This document shows, piece by piece, positions 31,245-40,507 of a stretch of DNA of 64,000 nucleotides. The notes under the pieces are model-generated. The model ran no database searches and had not been told where the DNA came from. It saw only the letters and a program-made list of their open reading frames with translations. Source of the DNA: Candidatus Latescibacterota bacterium (GTDB lineage Bacteria; Latescibacterota; UBA2968; UBA8231); NCBI GenBank assembly GCA_964291625.2, contig OZ220089.1:2560001-2624000 (forward strand), read 5' to 3'. Positions within the stretch are counted from its first letter, which is position 1. Each line of letters begins with the position of its first letter. Both the position numbers and the translations under genes were made by a program.

Positions 31245-32060
31245 CTACTCCGGAAGGACACGCGGATACGCTCCCTGCACGTGCCCGCGGTGGTAGCACA
31301 GGCCACCGGCCGCGACGGCTCTCCGCAGGTCCTCCAGCGTGCCCCGGAACAGGCGCAGGCCGCGGTCGAGCACGCACGTTCCGGCGCGCGCGGCGGGCAA
31401 GGTATCCATCACCAGTTGGGCTTCGTCGGCGGCGGCGCGCCACTTGCGGGCCAGCAGCGCCGCGTCGGGAGGGTTTCCCTCGAAGGCCAGCTCCGACAGC
31501 TCGTCCCGGGTGTAGCGGGCCGAGCGGCGGGCGTGGTTCAGAATGGCGCCGGGTCCGAAGCCCGGGTCCTTGCCGCACGCACCCCACAGCAGGAGTCCGA
31601 GGTGTTGCACGCGCTCGTGGGCGGAGATGACGTCGACCCAGTCGCGCGCCTCGAGTCTCCCGACCATCGCCAGGACCTTGTTGGTGGCCAGGTCGTAGGG
31701 GTGGAGGGTCAGGCCGAAGTCTTCGTGCTCGACGAGGGGAAAGAACCGGTAGGCGCTGTCGCGCGCCCACTGCAGGCGCAGGCGGGCCTCGCCGCTGCCC
31801 ACGACGGCCTCGATGAAGGCCGGCCGGTCGCGCAGAACCTCCAGATGGAACCCTTCATCCTGCAGAAGGCGCCGGTCCCTGTCCCAAGTGACGAGCAGAG
31901 CCTCGTCACTGTCGTGAAACAGGTCGAGGTCGTCGGACAGGCGGGGCGCCTGGATCACCTCGTTGAGAGCGGCCGCGCCGGCGACATAGCTGTCGCCGCG
32001 GCTCTTCCGACTGTGAGCTAGGAGCCGGCAGACTCGGCGCTGGAATCCCGTGAGAGCCAC
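31245..32060 (-). CDS. AbiEii/AbiGii-like nucleotidyltransferase (putative type IV TA toxin)
   Basis: YVAGAAALN...RLSDDLDLF NTase motif; DLATNK..A..GR.EARD..D C-terminal motif. Confidence 0.75.
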   Translation of the reverse strand: MALTGFQRRVCRLLAHSRKSRGDSYVAGAAALNEVIQAPRLSDDLDLFHDSDEALLVTWDRDRRLLQDEGFHLEVLRDRPAFIEAVVGSGEARLRLQWARDSAYRFFPLVEHEDFGLTLHPYDLATNKVLAMVGRLEARDWVDVISAHERVQHLGLLLWGACGKDPGFGPGAILNHARRSARYTRDELSELAFEGNPPDAALLARKWRAAADEAQLVMDTLPAARAGTCVLDRGLRLFRGTLEDLRRAVAAGGLCYHRGHVQGAYPRVLPE

Positions 32061-32257
32061 TCGCGCAGTCTCCTTGCTTCCACGTACGCCTTCCGGGAGC
32101 CTGTGCGCTCGATTCGCCGGATGGCACGGATCAACTCTTCCGTGCTGGCGGGTTCGTGGCCATCCCTGAAGAACCAGAGGGACCCGCGTCGGTGATGACG
32201 GATGAATTGGAGGGCAGCGTCACGAGCCGTGGAGCTGCCGGGCAAGGACTCGGCCAT
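32018..32257 (-). CDS. Small protein, putative antitoxin partner
   Basis: About 79 aa, SLWFFRD...IRRIERTG pattern; overlaps the toxin start. Confidence 0.6.
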   Translation of the reverse strand: MAESLPGSSTARDAALQFIRHHRRGSLWFFRDGHEPASTEELIRAIRRIERTGSRKAYVEARRLREWLSRDSSAESAGS

Positions 32258-32373
32258 GATCGTCTCCAGTCGCGGCGAAGGTAAGGAGGCTTCGCGACGG
32301 GGACAATCCAACCCGGGGCCGTCCGGATGTGCTCAGACAGCTGCGGCCTTCGGCACGGTTGGAGACTCGGCCT

Positions 32374-33399
32374 TCACCGGCCGTGAGAGGTCAGCCGCTC
32401 CATCACGGCGCGGTCGAAGTTGTCGGCCTGCACCTCGATGCCGTCGCCGTCGGGGTGGCACTGGTCCTCGGCGTAGCGCGCGATCAGGTCGAGGTCGAAG
32501 ACCTCCAGGCCGTCGACGTAGATCAGGTTGGCGTCGCCCAGGCCGGTGAGCCGGCGGTGCACGTCCTCCATGTCGCGGCGCATCGCCGAGATCGTGTAGC
32601 CGGCGGCGTTGGGGTCGGTCTCCCGCGGCGGGTAACCGATGGGAGAGACCAAGGCCATCGGAGTGTGGGGGTGCTTCTGGCGGATGAGCTGCACCAGCGC
32701 CACGATCGCGGCCGGGTAGGTCCGCCCCGCCAGGGTCGGCGCGTTGATGGTGTTGATCCCCAGCTTGAGGCTGATGTAGTCGGCGGGCAGGCCGGCGATC
32801 ACCATGCCGACCATGGCGTCGAGGTGGCACTGGCCGCCGAAGCCGAGGCTGGTGAGATGGAGGCCTCGCCGCCGGGCGACGATGGCCGGCCAGGTGCGCG
32901 CCGGGCTGTGGGCGCGCACGCAGTGGGTGAGGGAGCTGCCGTAGGTCACCCAGCGGGGCCGCTCGTCCGCCGCCGCCGCGCAGGGCGCGTCCGCCTCGAG
33001 GCCGGTCAGGTGGACGGGGATCTCCTGCGACAGCCACAGCTCGATCACCTTGTCTCCCGCGGGCAGCTCCTCGAAGACCGCCTCCCCGGAGCCCGGGGGC
33101 GCCCCGGCGCTGGCGACCAGCTCGCCCCCGACGGTGGCGTCGAAGTGGAATCCCTCGCGGCCCTCGGCGGGAGCCGAGATGGGCAGGGGCAGGAAGCTCA
33201 GGCGCAGGCGCGTCGCGGCGGTGGCGAAGCGCAGGCGCACGCCGCTGGCGGTCTCGGCCCGGGCCATCAGATCCTCGCCCGGGGACGGAAACAGGGCCCG
33301 CCGGGCGTGGGGCAGCCGCCACGGCTTGATCCAGCCGTCGCCGCGCTCCAGCTCGACATGCCCCTGGAAGAGATCGTCGGTGAGGGGAATGGTCCGCAT
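32374..33399 (-). CDS. SGNH/GDSL hydrolase family protein
   Basis: YGSSLTH, LGFGG.C, LGIN, DQCHP blocks. Confidence 0.88.
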   Translation of the reverse strand: MRTIPLTDDLFQGHVELERGDGWIKPWRLPHARRALFPSPGEDLMARAETASGVRLRFATAATRLRLSFLPLPISAPAEGREGFHFDATVGGELVASAGAPPGSGEAVFEELPAGDKVIELWLSQEIPVHLTGLEADAPCAAAADERPRWVTYGSSLTHCVRAHSPARTWPAIVARRRGLHLTSLGFGGQCHLDAMVGMVIAGLPADYISLKLGINTINAPTLAGRTYPAAIVALVQLIRQKHPHTPMALVSPIGYPPRETDPNAAGYTISAMRRDMEDVHRRLTGLGDANLIYVDGLEVFDLDLIARYAEDQCHPDGDGIEVQADNFDRAVMERLTSHGR

Positions 33400-33403
33400 C
33401 TGT

Positions 33404-35173
33404 CTATCGCTCCCAGGGAAAGGCGAAACTCGGTTGACGTGAGTACCGGCGCTGGGCGATCTGCAACCGGCCCCCGGCTCCGGGCCCCAGCCGCACCGTG
33501 AAGGAGGAGCCTTCGCCCGCCACGTCGATCGGCGTGCCGTCGCCGGCGGTGACGCTCTCGATCCGGTGCTCCCCGTAGGCGCCTCCCTGCACCACCACGT
33601 GGCGCTCGCGGACGGGGTCGAGATTGACCAGTTGCACGCTGACCTGGCCGTCGCTCATGCCGTCCACCAGGGCCGCCACCTGCGGCGGCAGACCGGCCCG
33701 GCGCGCCTCGGGGTCGAAGTAGCGCAGGCGGCAGTGCAGGGTGTGACAGGAGCGGCCCACCGGCAGGCCTCCGAGCAACAGCTTCACCAGGGTGTCGGTG
33801 AGGGCCGGGTTGAGGTGGTTCATGTCGTCGGAGAGCCGGGTGTCGATGCTGGACTCGTCCTCGGCCACGCCGCGCATGCGGCTGCGGACCTGGTCCAGCA
33901 CCGACTCCAGGGCCGCCTCCGGGAAGCCGGGCTCCTCCCCCGCCAGGTAGCGAACCCAGCCGTCGCCGGCGACGCGCTCGCGGTCGTCCTCCCCCTGCGA
34001 CCAGAACCAGATCTCCTGCGCCCCGGGCGAGAACGGCTGCGGCCGGAAGTCGTACCAGCCATCGTCGCCGTGCATGTGGGGATAGAGCGTCTGCCCGCTC
34101 ACCTGCTTCGCGTTCTCGTTGACTTTGTCGAGGACGCCGCGCCAGGTGTCGACGTAGCCCTGCTGCCCGGTGAGCAGCAGGCCATGGGCGAAGCCGAAGT
34201 GGGGCCGCGAGTAGCAGGCCGGGCGGTGGGCGGCGGCCCCCGTCTGGGGCACGGTGACGGTGAACCCCCAGCCGTAGCATCCGCCCCACCAGCGGCCCCC
34301 GGCGGCGCCTCCGATGGTGCCGTCGAGGCCGATGTTGGAAGGGATGATGCCGCCGTTCTCCCCGGTGCGCTCCACCCAGGCGTCGACGTAGTCGACGACC
34401 CCGCCGCGGTAGCGGTCGTCGCCGGTGATCAGGTAGGCCACCAGCCCCAGGTGCGTGGCCTCGAGGTTCAGCGGATTGTCGCCGACCACGTCGGTGTACT
34501 CCTCGAAGTGGGCGAGCATCTCGGCGAAGTTGCGTTCGCCGTGGCCGAGGCGGAAACGGCCCTCGATCTCGATCGGATCGCCGGCCCAGTCGAGGGCCGT
34601 GGCCTTGCGCAGGAGGGGCCCGCGGCTGCCGTTGAACATGGAGCGCACGATGCGGTGATCGGGGTCGTAGTTCGGGGCGGTCTCGTCGGTGCCGTCGTAC
34701 ATGGCGGCCCAGCGCCGGAGGCGGCGCTCGTAGGCCGGGTCCCAGGGGTCGCACAGGCCGTAGAGGAGGTAGGCGGAGAAGCCCTCTCCGTGGTGGAACC
34801 AGTCGAGGGAGACGGGGAACTCTTTGTAGTACATGCCGTCGCGGGCCATGGGGACCTCGACGGTGCGGGCCTCCGTGTACTGGCGCAGGTGCCCCTCGAA
34901 GCCGGTGCGGAACATGTCCAGCAGGTCGTCGGCCCCGCCGAGGGCATGGAGGGTGGTCCAGTTGAGCTGGTTCTCGGCGGCGTCGTCCGGCCCGTCGTCA
35001 CCGCCCCACCTGGGCACCGCCAGGAGGTAGCCGGAGTGAGGATCGAAGTACTTGCCGAAGAAGTCGCGGCAGGCCGACGCCTCGGCGTCGAGGATGTGGC
35101 GCTCCAGCAGCGCCCAGCGCGGCGGCGGCAGCGGGTCGTCGAGGCTGAGCAGGGGCAGGTGTCGTGAGGGCAT
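33404..35173 (-). CDS. Conserved hypothetical protein (~590 aa), possibly an (alpha/alpha)-barrel enzyme
   Basis: Strong coding bias; RWGGDDGPDDAAEN, DWFHHGEG, VVVQGGAYGEH motifs; rich in aromatic and acidic residues. Confidence 0.75.
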   Translation of the reverse strand: MPSRHLPLLSLDDPLPPPRWALLERHILDAEASACRDFFGKYFDPHSGYLLAVPRWGGDDGPDDAAENQLNWTTLHALGGADDLLDMFRTGFEGHLRQYTEARTVEVPMARDGMYYKEFPVSLDWFHHGEGFSAYLLYGLCDPWDPAYERRLRRWAAMYDGTDETAPNYDPDHRIVRSMFNGSRGPLLRKATALDWAGDPIEIEGRFRLGHGERNFAEMLAHFEEYTDVVGDNPLNLEATHLGLVAYLITGDDRYRGGVVDYVDAWVERTGENGGIIPSNIGLDGTIGGAAGGRWWGGCYGWGFTVTVPQTGAAAHRPACYSRPHFGFAHGLLLTGQQGYVDTWRGVLDKVNENAKQVSGQTLYPHMHGDDGWYDFRPQPFSPGAQEIWFWSQGEDDRERVAGDGWVRYLAGEEPGFPEAALESVLDQVRSRMRGVAEDESSIDTRLSDDMNHLNPALTDTLVKLLLGGLPVGRSCHTLHCRLRYFDPEARRAGLPPQVAALVDGMSDGQVSVQLVNLDPVRERHVVVQGGAYGEHRIESVTAGDGTPIDVAGEGSSFTVRLGPGAGGRLQIAQRRYSRQPSFAFPWER

Positions 35174-35353
35174 TGGCGATCCTTTGGAGAGGCGCGAAGG
35201 GGCGGGGGAACAAGGGACATGCGGGTGTTCGGTGCAAGGCGAGGCCCGGTGTGCCACGGCCTGATCAGCTTGCGGAAGGCGGCTTCCCGGGCCGATGCTT
35301 GCGGAACTCGCCCCGAAGACTCCGGGAATGGTCTACCGTACGACAGAGGGGTC

Positions 35354-36454
35354 ATGATCTACGACGGACACGCCTACTGCTTTCCCCCGCCGGCCCGCAA
35401 CGGCGGCTTTGCCGATCCGGCCGAGTTCTGGCGGCACCTGCAGTTGTTCATGGCCCATGCCCGGCAGCAGCCCTGCTGGCGGCGCTCCGACCGGGCCGCG
35501 GCCGACGCCGCGGGTCTCGCCGACCCCGGGCGGCCCTGGCGCTTCGAGGGCCTGCGGGACGCCGCCTTCCGCACCGGGGACCACGGACTCGTGGAGTGGA
35601 CGGTGGACGGCGAGGACTACGTCAAGCAGGCCCTGCCGCCGTGGACGGTGGACTTCGCCTTCCCCGCCGACAGCCTCGTGGCGGAGATGGACTACGCCGG
35701 CGTCGACCGGGCCCTCCTGCACCGCACCCCCTACATGGGGCTGAGCGACGGTTGGATCGCCGACTGCTGCCGGAGGCACCCGGGCCGGATCCAGGGCCTG
35801 GTGCAGGTGCCCGAGTGGTGGTTCCCCGCCAGGACGGACGACGCCCTTGCCAAACTGGAGCGGGGGATCCGCGACCACGGCCTGTCCGGCCTGCAGTTCG
35901 CGCCCTTCCACCGGCCCCTCTACGACCTCTCCCCCGAGTGGACGGGGCCCGAGTTCGACCCCCTGTGGGCAGCCGTGGCCGGGCTGGGGATCCCCGTGTT
36001 CTTCACCATCGGCGCCGCCGGCACGCCCGCCGAGTACCTCGACGAGCTGCGCGCCCTGCGGGCCTGGATGGACCGCTTCCCCGACGTCGACGTGGTCATG
36101 ACCCACGGCTTCCCCTGGCGGCTGTTCGCCGGCGAGGACCGGCTCCACGTGCCGGACGAGGTCTACGAGGCGGCGCCCATCGGCCATCCGCGCTTCCACA
36201 TCCAGATCCTCTTCGCCGTCTTCCTGCAGTCGCGCTGGGACTACCCCATGCCGCAGATGCGGCCCGTCCTGGAGAGGATGGTGGAGCGCATCGGCGCCGA
36301 CCGCATCATCTGGGGCACGGACATCCCCATCGTGCTCCTGCACTGGACCTACCGCCAGAGCCTGGACTACGTGAGGCGCTACTGCCCCTTCCTCGACGAG
36401 GCCGGGATGGCGGCGATCCTCGGCGGCAACATGGAGCGCCTCCTGGGGCCGTAG
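35354..36454 (+). CDS. Amidohydrolase_2 family protein
   Basis: IYDGHAY, MDYAGVDRA, THGF, IGADRIIWGTD.P, ILGGN. Confidence 0.88.
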   Translation: MIYDGHAYCFPPPARNGGFADPAEFWRHLQLFMAHARQQPCWRRSDRAAADAAGLADPGRPWRFEGLRDAAFRTGDHGLVEWTVDGEDYVKQALPPWTVDFAFPADSLVAEMDYAGVDRALLHRTPYMGLSDGWIADCCRRHPGRIQGLVQVPEWWFPARTDDALAKLERGIRDHGLSGLQFAPFHRPLYDLSPEWTGPEFDPLWAAVAGLGIPVFFTIGAAGTPAEYLDELRALRAWMDRFPDVDVVMTHGFPWRLFAGEDRLHVPDEVYEAAPIGHPRFHIQILFAVFLQSRWDYPMPQMRPVLERMVERIGADRIIWGTDIPIVLLHWTYRQSLDYVRRYCPFLDEAGMAAILGGNMERLLGP

Positions 36455-36470
36455 CCCCCGGCCCCCCCTG

Positions 36471-37322
36471 TCAGCCGGAGCCGGGACCCTTCAGCTCGTC
36501 CAGGAGGAAGGCGGGGATCGACATCGCCCTGCTGCCCGCCACCGGCCGCCGGCGGGCGACCAGGTCGCAGCGGCCCCCGACGGCCTCGATCCTCTCCCTC
36601 CACGCCACCCCGAAGCTCGGGTGGTGGATCCCGTACGGGGCATCCAGCGGGTCGTCGTAGGTGAGCAGGGTCGGAGGAACGCCGCGGCGCACGTGGTTGA
36701 TGGGGGACAGCTCCTCCATCAGCCGGCTGGTCTCCGGCGGCAACCAGTCGAGTTCCGCCTCCTCCAGTCCGTAGAACTGCTTCAGGAATCGCCCGGGGAC
36801 GGCCGAGCCCGGCATCAGGTCGGCCATGAAGCGCGGGTCGACCGAGGTCACCGCCTGGTTCACGGCGGCGCAGGCGAGCCCTGTGGACTCGCGGGCGACG
36901 GGGTCGTCGCTGGCGGGGTCCGCCAGGTCGGCGTGGGCCGCGAGCCAGAGCGAGAGACAGGCGCCCGACGAGGTCCCCATGGCGGCGATCCGCTCCTTGT
37001 CGAGGTTCCACTCGTCCGCCCTGCCGCGCACGAACTGGAGGGCTTGGGCGGCGCCCTCGAAGGGGGTCCACCCGGCCCCGTGATGGCACGGGGCCACGAT
37101 GGAGATGCCCGCGTCCACCAAGGCGAGAAGGTCGCGCCGGACGACGGGCGGCGCGGTGCGGACCGGGCCCGGCCTGGTGAGCTTCCTGAAGCGGCCGGGG
37201 TGGAAGCAGAGCACCGCGGGAGCGGGATCGGCCGAGTCGGCCAGCCAGACCGCCATGAGGTCGCGCTCGTCCGGCCCGAACCTGATGCCGGCGTGAGTCG
37301 GCGGGCGTGCGGAGGCGTTCAT
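36471..37322 (-). CDS. Alpha/beta hydrolase (esterase-like)
   Basis: GTSSG nucleophile elbow, SPINHV, GIHHP.FG. Confidence 0.85.
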   Translation of the reverse strand: MNASARPPTHAGIRFGPDERDLMAVWLADSADPAPAVLCFHPGRFRKLTRPGPVRTAPPVVRRDLLALVDAGISIVAPCHHGAGWTPFEGAAQALQFVRGRADEWNLDKERIAAMGTSSGACLSLWLAAHADLADPASDDPVARESTGLACAAVNQAVTSVDPRFMADLMPGSAVPGRFLKQFYGLEEAELDWLPPETSRLMEELSPINHVRRGVPPTLLTYDDPLDAPYGIHHPSFGVAWRERIEAVGGRCDLVARRRPVAGSRAMSIPAFLLDELKGPGSG

Positions 37323-37347
37323 CCGGGCGGGTTGCCAGGCGCCGGGC

Positions 37348-37809
37348 CTACTGGTCCTCGTCCGCTCCGGCAGGGTCGCCGTCGTCGTCGACGTCCCGGT
37401 AGGCGATGGCGGCGATCTCGACGCGGAAGTCGAAGACGATCTGCGCCCCCCCGGTGCAGGCCCGCGCCGGGAATCTCTCCTTGAAGTACGAGGCGTACGC
37501 CCTGTTCATCTCGTGGTAGTCCTCGATGTCGGAGAGCCAGACGGTGACGTTGACGAGGTCGTCGAGAGCATAGCCGTGCTCTTCGAGAATGCGGCCGATG
37601 TTCTCCATGACCTGGTGGGTCTCGGCCGCCACCGACTCCTTGACGTCGCTGCCGTCGGCGGCGCGGGCGATCTGGCCGCTGATGAAGAGGAAGCCGCCGG
37701 CCTGGCGGGCGGGGCTGAAGGGCAGGGTCTTGAGCGGCACGGCGTCCTGGGCGAAGACCGGCGAGACGGCGAGGACAAGTGCGAGCGCGACGCGGACAGG
37801 GTGTCCCAT
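37348..37809 (-). CDS. RidA/YjgF family protein with N-terminal signal peptide
   Basis: PFSPA..AG.FLFISGQI, MN..Y..YF...PAR, RVEI; preceded by VRVALALVLAVSPVFAQ. Confidence 0.88.
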   Translation of the reverse strand: MGHPVRVALALVLAVSPVFAQDAVPLKTLPFSPARQAGGFLFISGQIARAADGSDVKESVAAETHQVMENIGRILEEHGYALDDLVNVTVWLSDIEDYHEMNRAYASYFKERFPARACTGGAQIVFDFRVEIAAIAYRDVDDDGDPAGADEDQ

Positions 37810-37978
37810 GTGGGCTCTTCCTGGTTGGGGTTGGAGCTTTTGAACATAGGCTGCATCGAGGGATGGGGCGCCTTCCGGGCACCGGGTCTCCAGCCGGCCG
37901 CGGGTTGTCGGTGGCCGCGGAGAGGGTGACTTTTTCCCGGCGGCAGAGTGGTACCCCGCATGGAGAGGCCCCGACAGG

Positions 37979-39514
37979 ATGAACCTCAGCGACCTCGTCG
38001 ACACCTCCGACCGCGTGGCCGGCACGAGGGCCCGCGGCGACAAGATCGGCCTGCTGGCCGGCTGCCTGGAGCGGCTCACCCCTCAAGAGCGCGAAGCTGG
38101 AGCGGCCTTCCTCACCGGACAGCTGCGCCAGGGGCGGATCGGCCTCGGCGGGGCGGCGATCCGGCAGGCCATGCCGCCCCGGCCGGCGTCGTCGCCGAGC
38201 CTGACCGTGGCCGGCCTGGACGCCGCCTTCGAGGAGATCTCCGGGCTCAGCGGACCCGGCTCTGCGGGGACCCGCGTCCAGGCGCTGGCCGGCCTGCTGG
38301 AAAGGGCCACGAAGCCGGAACAGGAGTGGCTGGCGCGGCTGGTCTTCGGGGAGCTGCGCCAGGGGGCGCAAGAGGGGATCGTCATCGAGGCGGTCGCCCG
38401 GGCCGCGGGCATTCCGGCAGCGGCCGTGCGCCGGGCGGCGATGCTTGCCGGCGACCTGGTGCGCGTGGCCGTGGCCGCCCTCGACGGCGGCGAGGCGGCC
38501 TTGGGCGAGTTTCGCCTGCGGCTGATGTCCCCCGTGCTGCCCATGCTTGCCCAGGGCGCCGAGAGCGTGGAGGACGTGCTCGAGCGCCACGGCCGGGTGG
38601 CCCTGGACTACAAGCTCGACGGCGCCCGCATCCAGGTGCACCGGGTGGATGACGAGGTGCGGCTGTTCACGCGGCGCCTCAACGACGTGACCGCCGCGGC
38701 GCCCGAGCTGGTGGAGGCGGTGCGGGCCCTGCCGGCACGGCAGCTCGTCCTCGACGGGGAGGCGATCGTGCTGCGCGGCGACGGCCGCCCGGCCCCCTTC
38801 CAGCAGACGATGCGCCGCTTCGGCCGCCGCCTCGACGTGGAGCGAATGCGCGTCGAGCTGCCGCTGTCCGCCTTCTACTTCGACTGTCTGCACCTGGACG
38901 GGCAGGACCTGATCGACGCGGATACCGGGGAGCGCCTGCGGGCCCTGCACGGCCTCGTCCCGCCGTCGGCCCAGGTGCCGCACACGGTGGCCGACTCCGT
39001 GGAGCCGGCGCGGGAGTTCATCGACCAGGCCCTGGCCGTTGGCCACGAGGGGGTCGTGGCCAAGGATCTGGAGGCGCCCTACGAGGCCGGCAGGCGGGGC
39101 GCGGGATGGCTCAAGCTCAAGCCCGCCCACACCCTCGACCTGGTGGTCCTGGCGGTGGAGTGGGGCAGCGGCCGGCGCCGGGGATGGCTGTCCAACCTGC
39201 ACCTGGGAGCGCGGGACCCGTCCGGAGGGTTCGTGATGCTGGGCAAGACCTTCAAGGGCATGACCGACGAGATGCTGGTGTGGCAGACGGAGAAGCTCCT
39301 CGGCCTGGAGACCGGCCGCGAGGGCCATGTGGTGCACGTCCGCCCGGAGCTGGTGGTGGAGATCGCCTTCGATGGCGTGCAGGCCAGCCCCCACTACCCC
39401 GGAGGCCTGGCCCTGCGCTTCGCCCGGGTGAAGCGCTACCGCCCGGACAAGGCGGCGGGCCAGGCCGACGACATCGCGTCCGTGCGCGGAATCTTCGAGG
39501 CCCAGCCGGGATAG
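37979..39514 (+). CDS. lig: ATP-dependent DNA ligase (LigB/archaeal-like type)
   Basis: YKLDGARIQVH motif I, LDGE, FDCL, EGVVAK, WLKLK, ALRFAR...R.DK. Confidence 0.95.
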   Translation: MNLSDLVDTSDRVAGTRARGDKIGLLAGCLERLTPQEREAGAAFLTGQLRQGRIGLGGAAIRQAMPPRPASSPSLTVAGLDAAFEEISGLSGPGSAGTRVQALAGLLERATKPEQEWLARLVFGELRQGAQEGIVIEAVARAAGIPAAAVRRAAMLAGDLVRVAVAALDGGEAALGEFRLRLMSPVLPMLAQGAESVEDVLERHGRVALDYKLDGARIQVHRVDDEVRLFTRRLNDVTAAAPELVEAVRALPARQLVLDGEAIVLRGDGRPAPFQQTMRRFGRRLDVERMRVELPLSAFYFDCLHLDGQDLIDADTGERLRALHGLVPPSAQVPHTVADSVEPAREFIDQALAVGHEGVVAKDLEAPYEAGRRGAGWLKLKPAHTLDLVVLAVEWGSGRRRGWLSNLHLGARDPSGGFVMLGKTFKGMTDEMLVWQTEKLLGLETGREGHVVHVRPELVVEIAFDGVQASPHYPGGLALRFARVKRYRPDKAAGQADDIASVRGIFEAQPG

Positions 39515-39538
39515 TCGCGCCGCACGTGCTGAGACCCG

Positions 39539-40507
39539 ATGCCCACCCCTGAGGCCTCCCGCCAGGACCCCTTCCGGGACCTGAAGGCAGCCGTGGCCCG
39601 CCTGCTCCCCGCCGACACCCGCGGGCGCCGGCGCCCCGCCCCGCGAGAGGCGACGCGCGTCTACTGGGAGATCGGCCGCCTGCTCAACGAGCACATCTCC
39701 GGCCGCGCCGAGTACGGGGGGCGGGCCGTGGAGCGGCTGGCCGGGGAGCTGGGAGTCCTGCCGCGGACGCTCTACCGGGCCCGGAGGCTGTACCAGAGGC
39801 TGCCCTCCGACACCTCCGTCCTCGACCGGCTGTCCTGGAGCCACTGCCGGCTGCTGGTGACGGTGCCTGACGACGGCGAGTTGCGCCAGCTGATGGAGCG
39901 CGCCTCCGAGGAGGGCTGGAGCGTGCGCCGCCTGCGGGAGCAACTGCGCGCACGGGATGAGGGCTCGCAGGTGGCTGTGCGCGGACGCCCGGGGGTCTAC
40001 CGCATCGTCGACCTCCCCGGCAAGAAGGGGAAGCTGGCCCTCGACCTCGGCTTCGGTGTGCGGCGCCGCCTCGACGGGATGGGCAAGGTGGGCAAGCGCA
40101 CCCGCCGCCTGATCGCGGAGCTGGCCGCCGGGGAGGTGGTCGAGCTGAGCAGGGACGCCAGGGACCGTCCGTCCCTGCGCCGCCAGTGGGGCCAGGCGGA
40201 GTCGCGGCTGTTCACCTACGGCGCGCGGCTGCTGCGGGCCCCCGCCGCCGGCGTGGTGGAGACCCACATCGACCTGGGCCTGGACGTCTCCCTGGTCCGC
40301 GGTCTGACCCTGCGAGGCGCGGCGGGAAACCTGCCACGGGGGGAACTGGCGAAGGTCCTGGCCAGTGTACCGGCCCGGGTGGTGGTCAAGACTCACCGGG
40401 GCCGGGGCGGCGACTACCTGGCTGACGTGTACGGCCTCGGCGGCGAGCGGTCGACGGCGGTCATCGCCGAGAGCGGCGACTACCTCAACGCTTTGTGGGT
40501 GGCTTGA
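39539..40507 (+). CDS. DUF1016 (YhcG) N-terminal domain fused to a degenerate thermonuclease-like domain
   Basis: YWEIGR...YG...ERLA..L, LSWSH..L, GWSVRRL; C-terminal FTY.A...IDLG...L.LRG...YLADV...YLN. Confidence 0.72.
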   Translation: MPTPEASRQDPFRDLKAAVARLLPADTRGRRRPAPREATRVYWEIGRLLNEHISGRAEYGGRAVERLAGELGVLPRTLYRARRLYQRLPSDTSVLDRLSWSHCRLLVTVPDDGELRQLMERASEEGWSVRRLREQLRARDEGSQVAVRGRPGVYRIVDLPGKKGKLALDLGFGVRRRLDGMGKVGKRTRRLIAELAAGEVVELSRDARDRPSLRRQWGQAESRLFTYGARLLRAPAAGVVETHIDLGLDVSLVRGLTLRGAAGNLPRGELAKVLASVPARVVVKTHRGRGGDYLADVYGLGGERSTAVIAESGDYLNALWVA

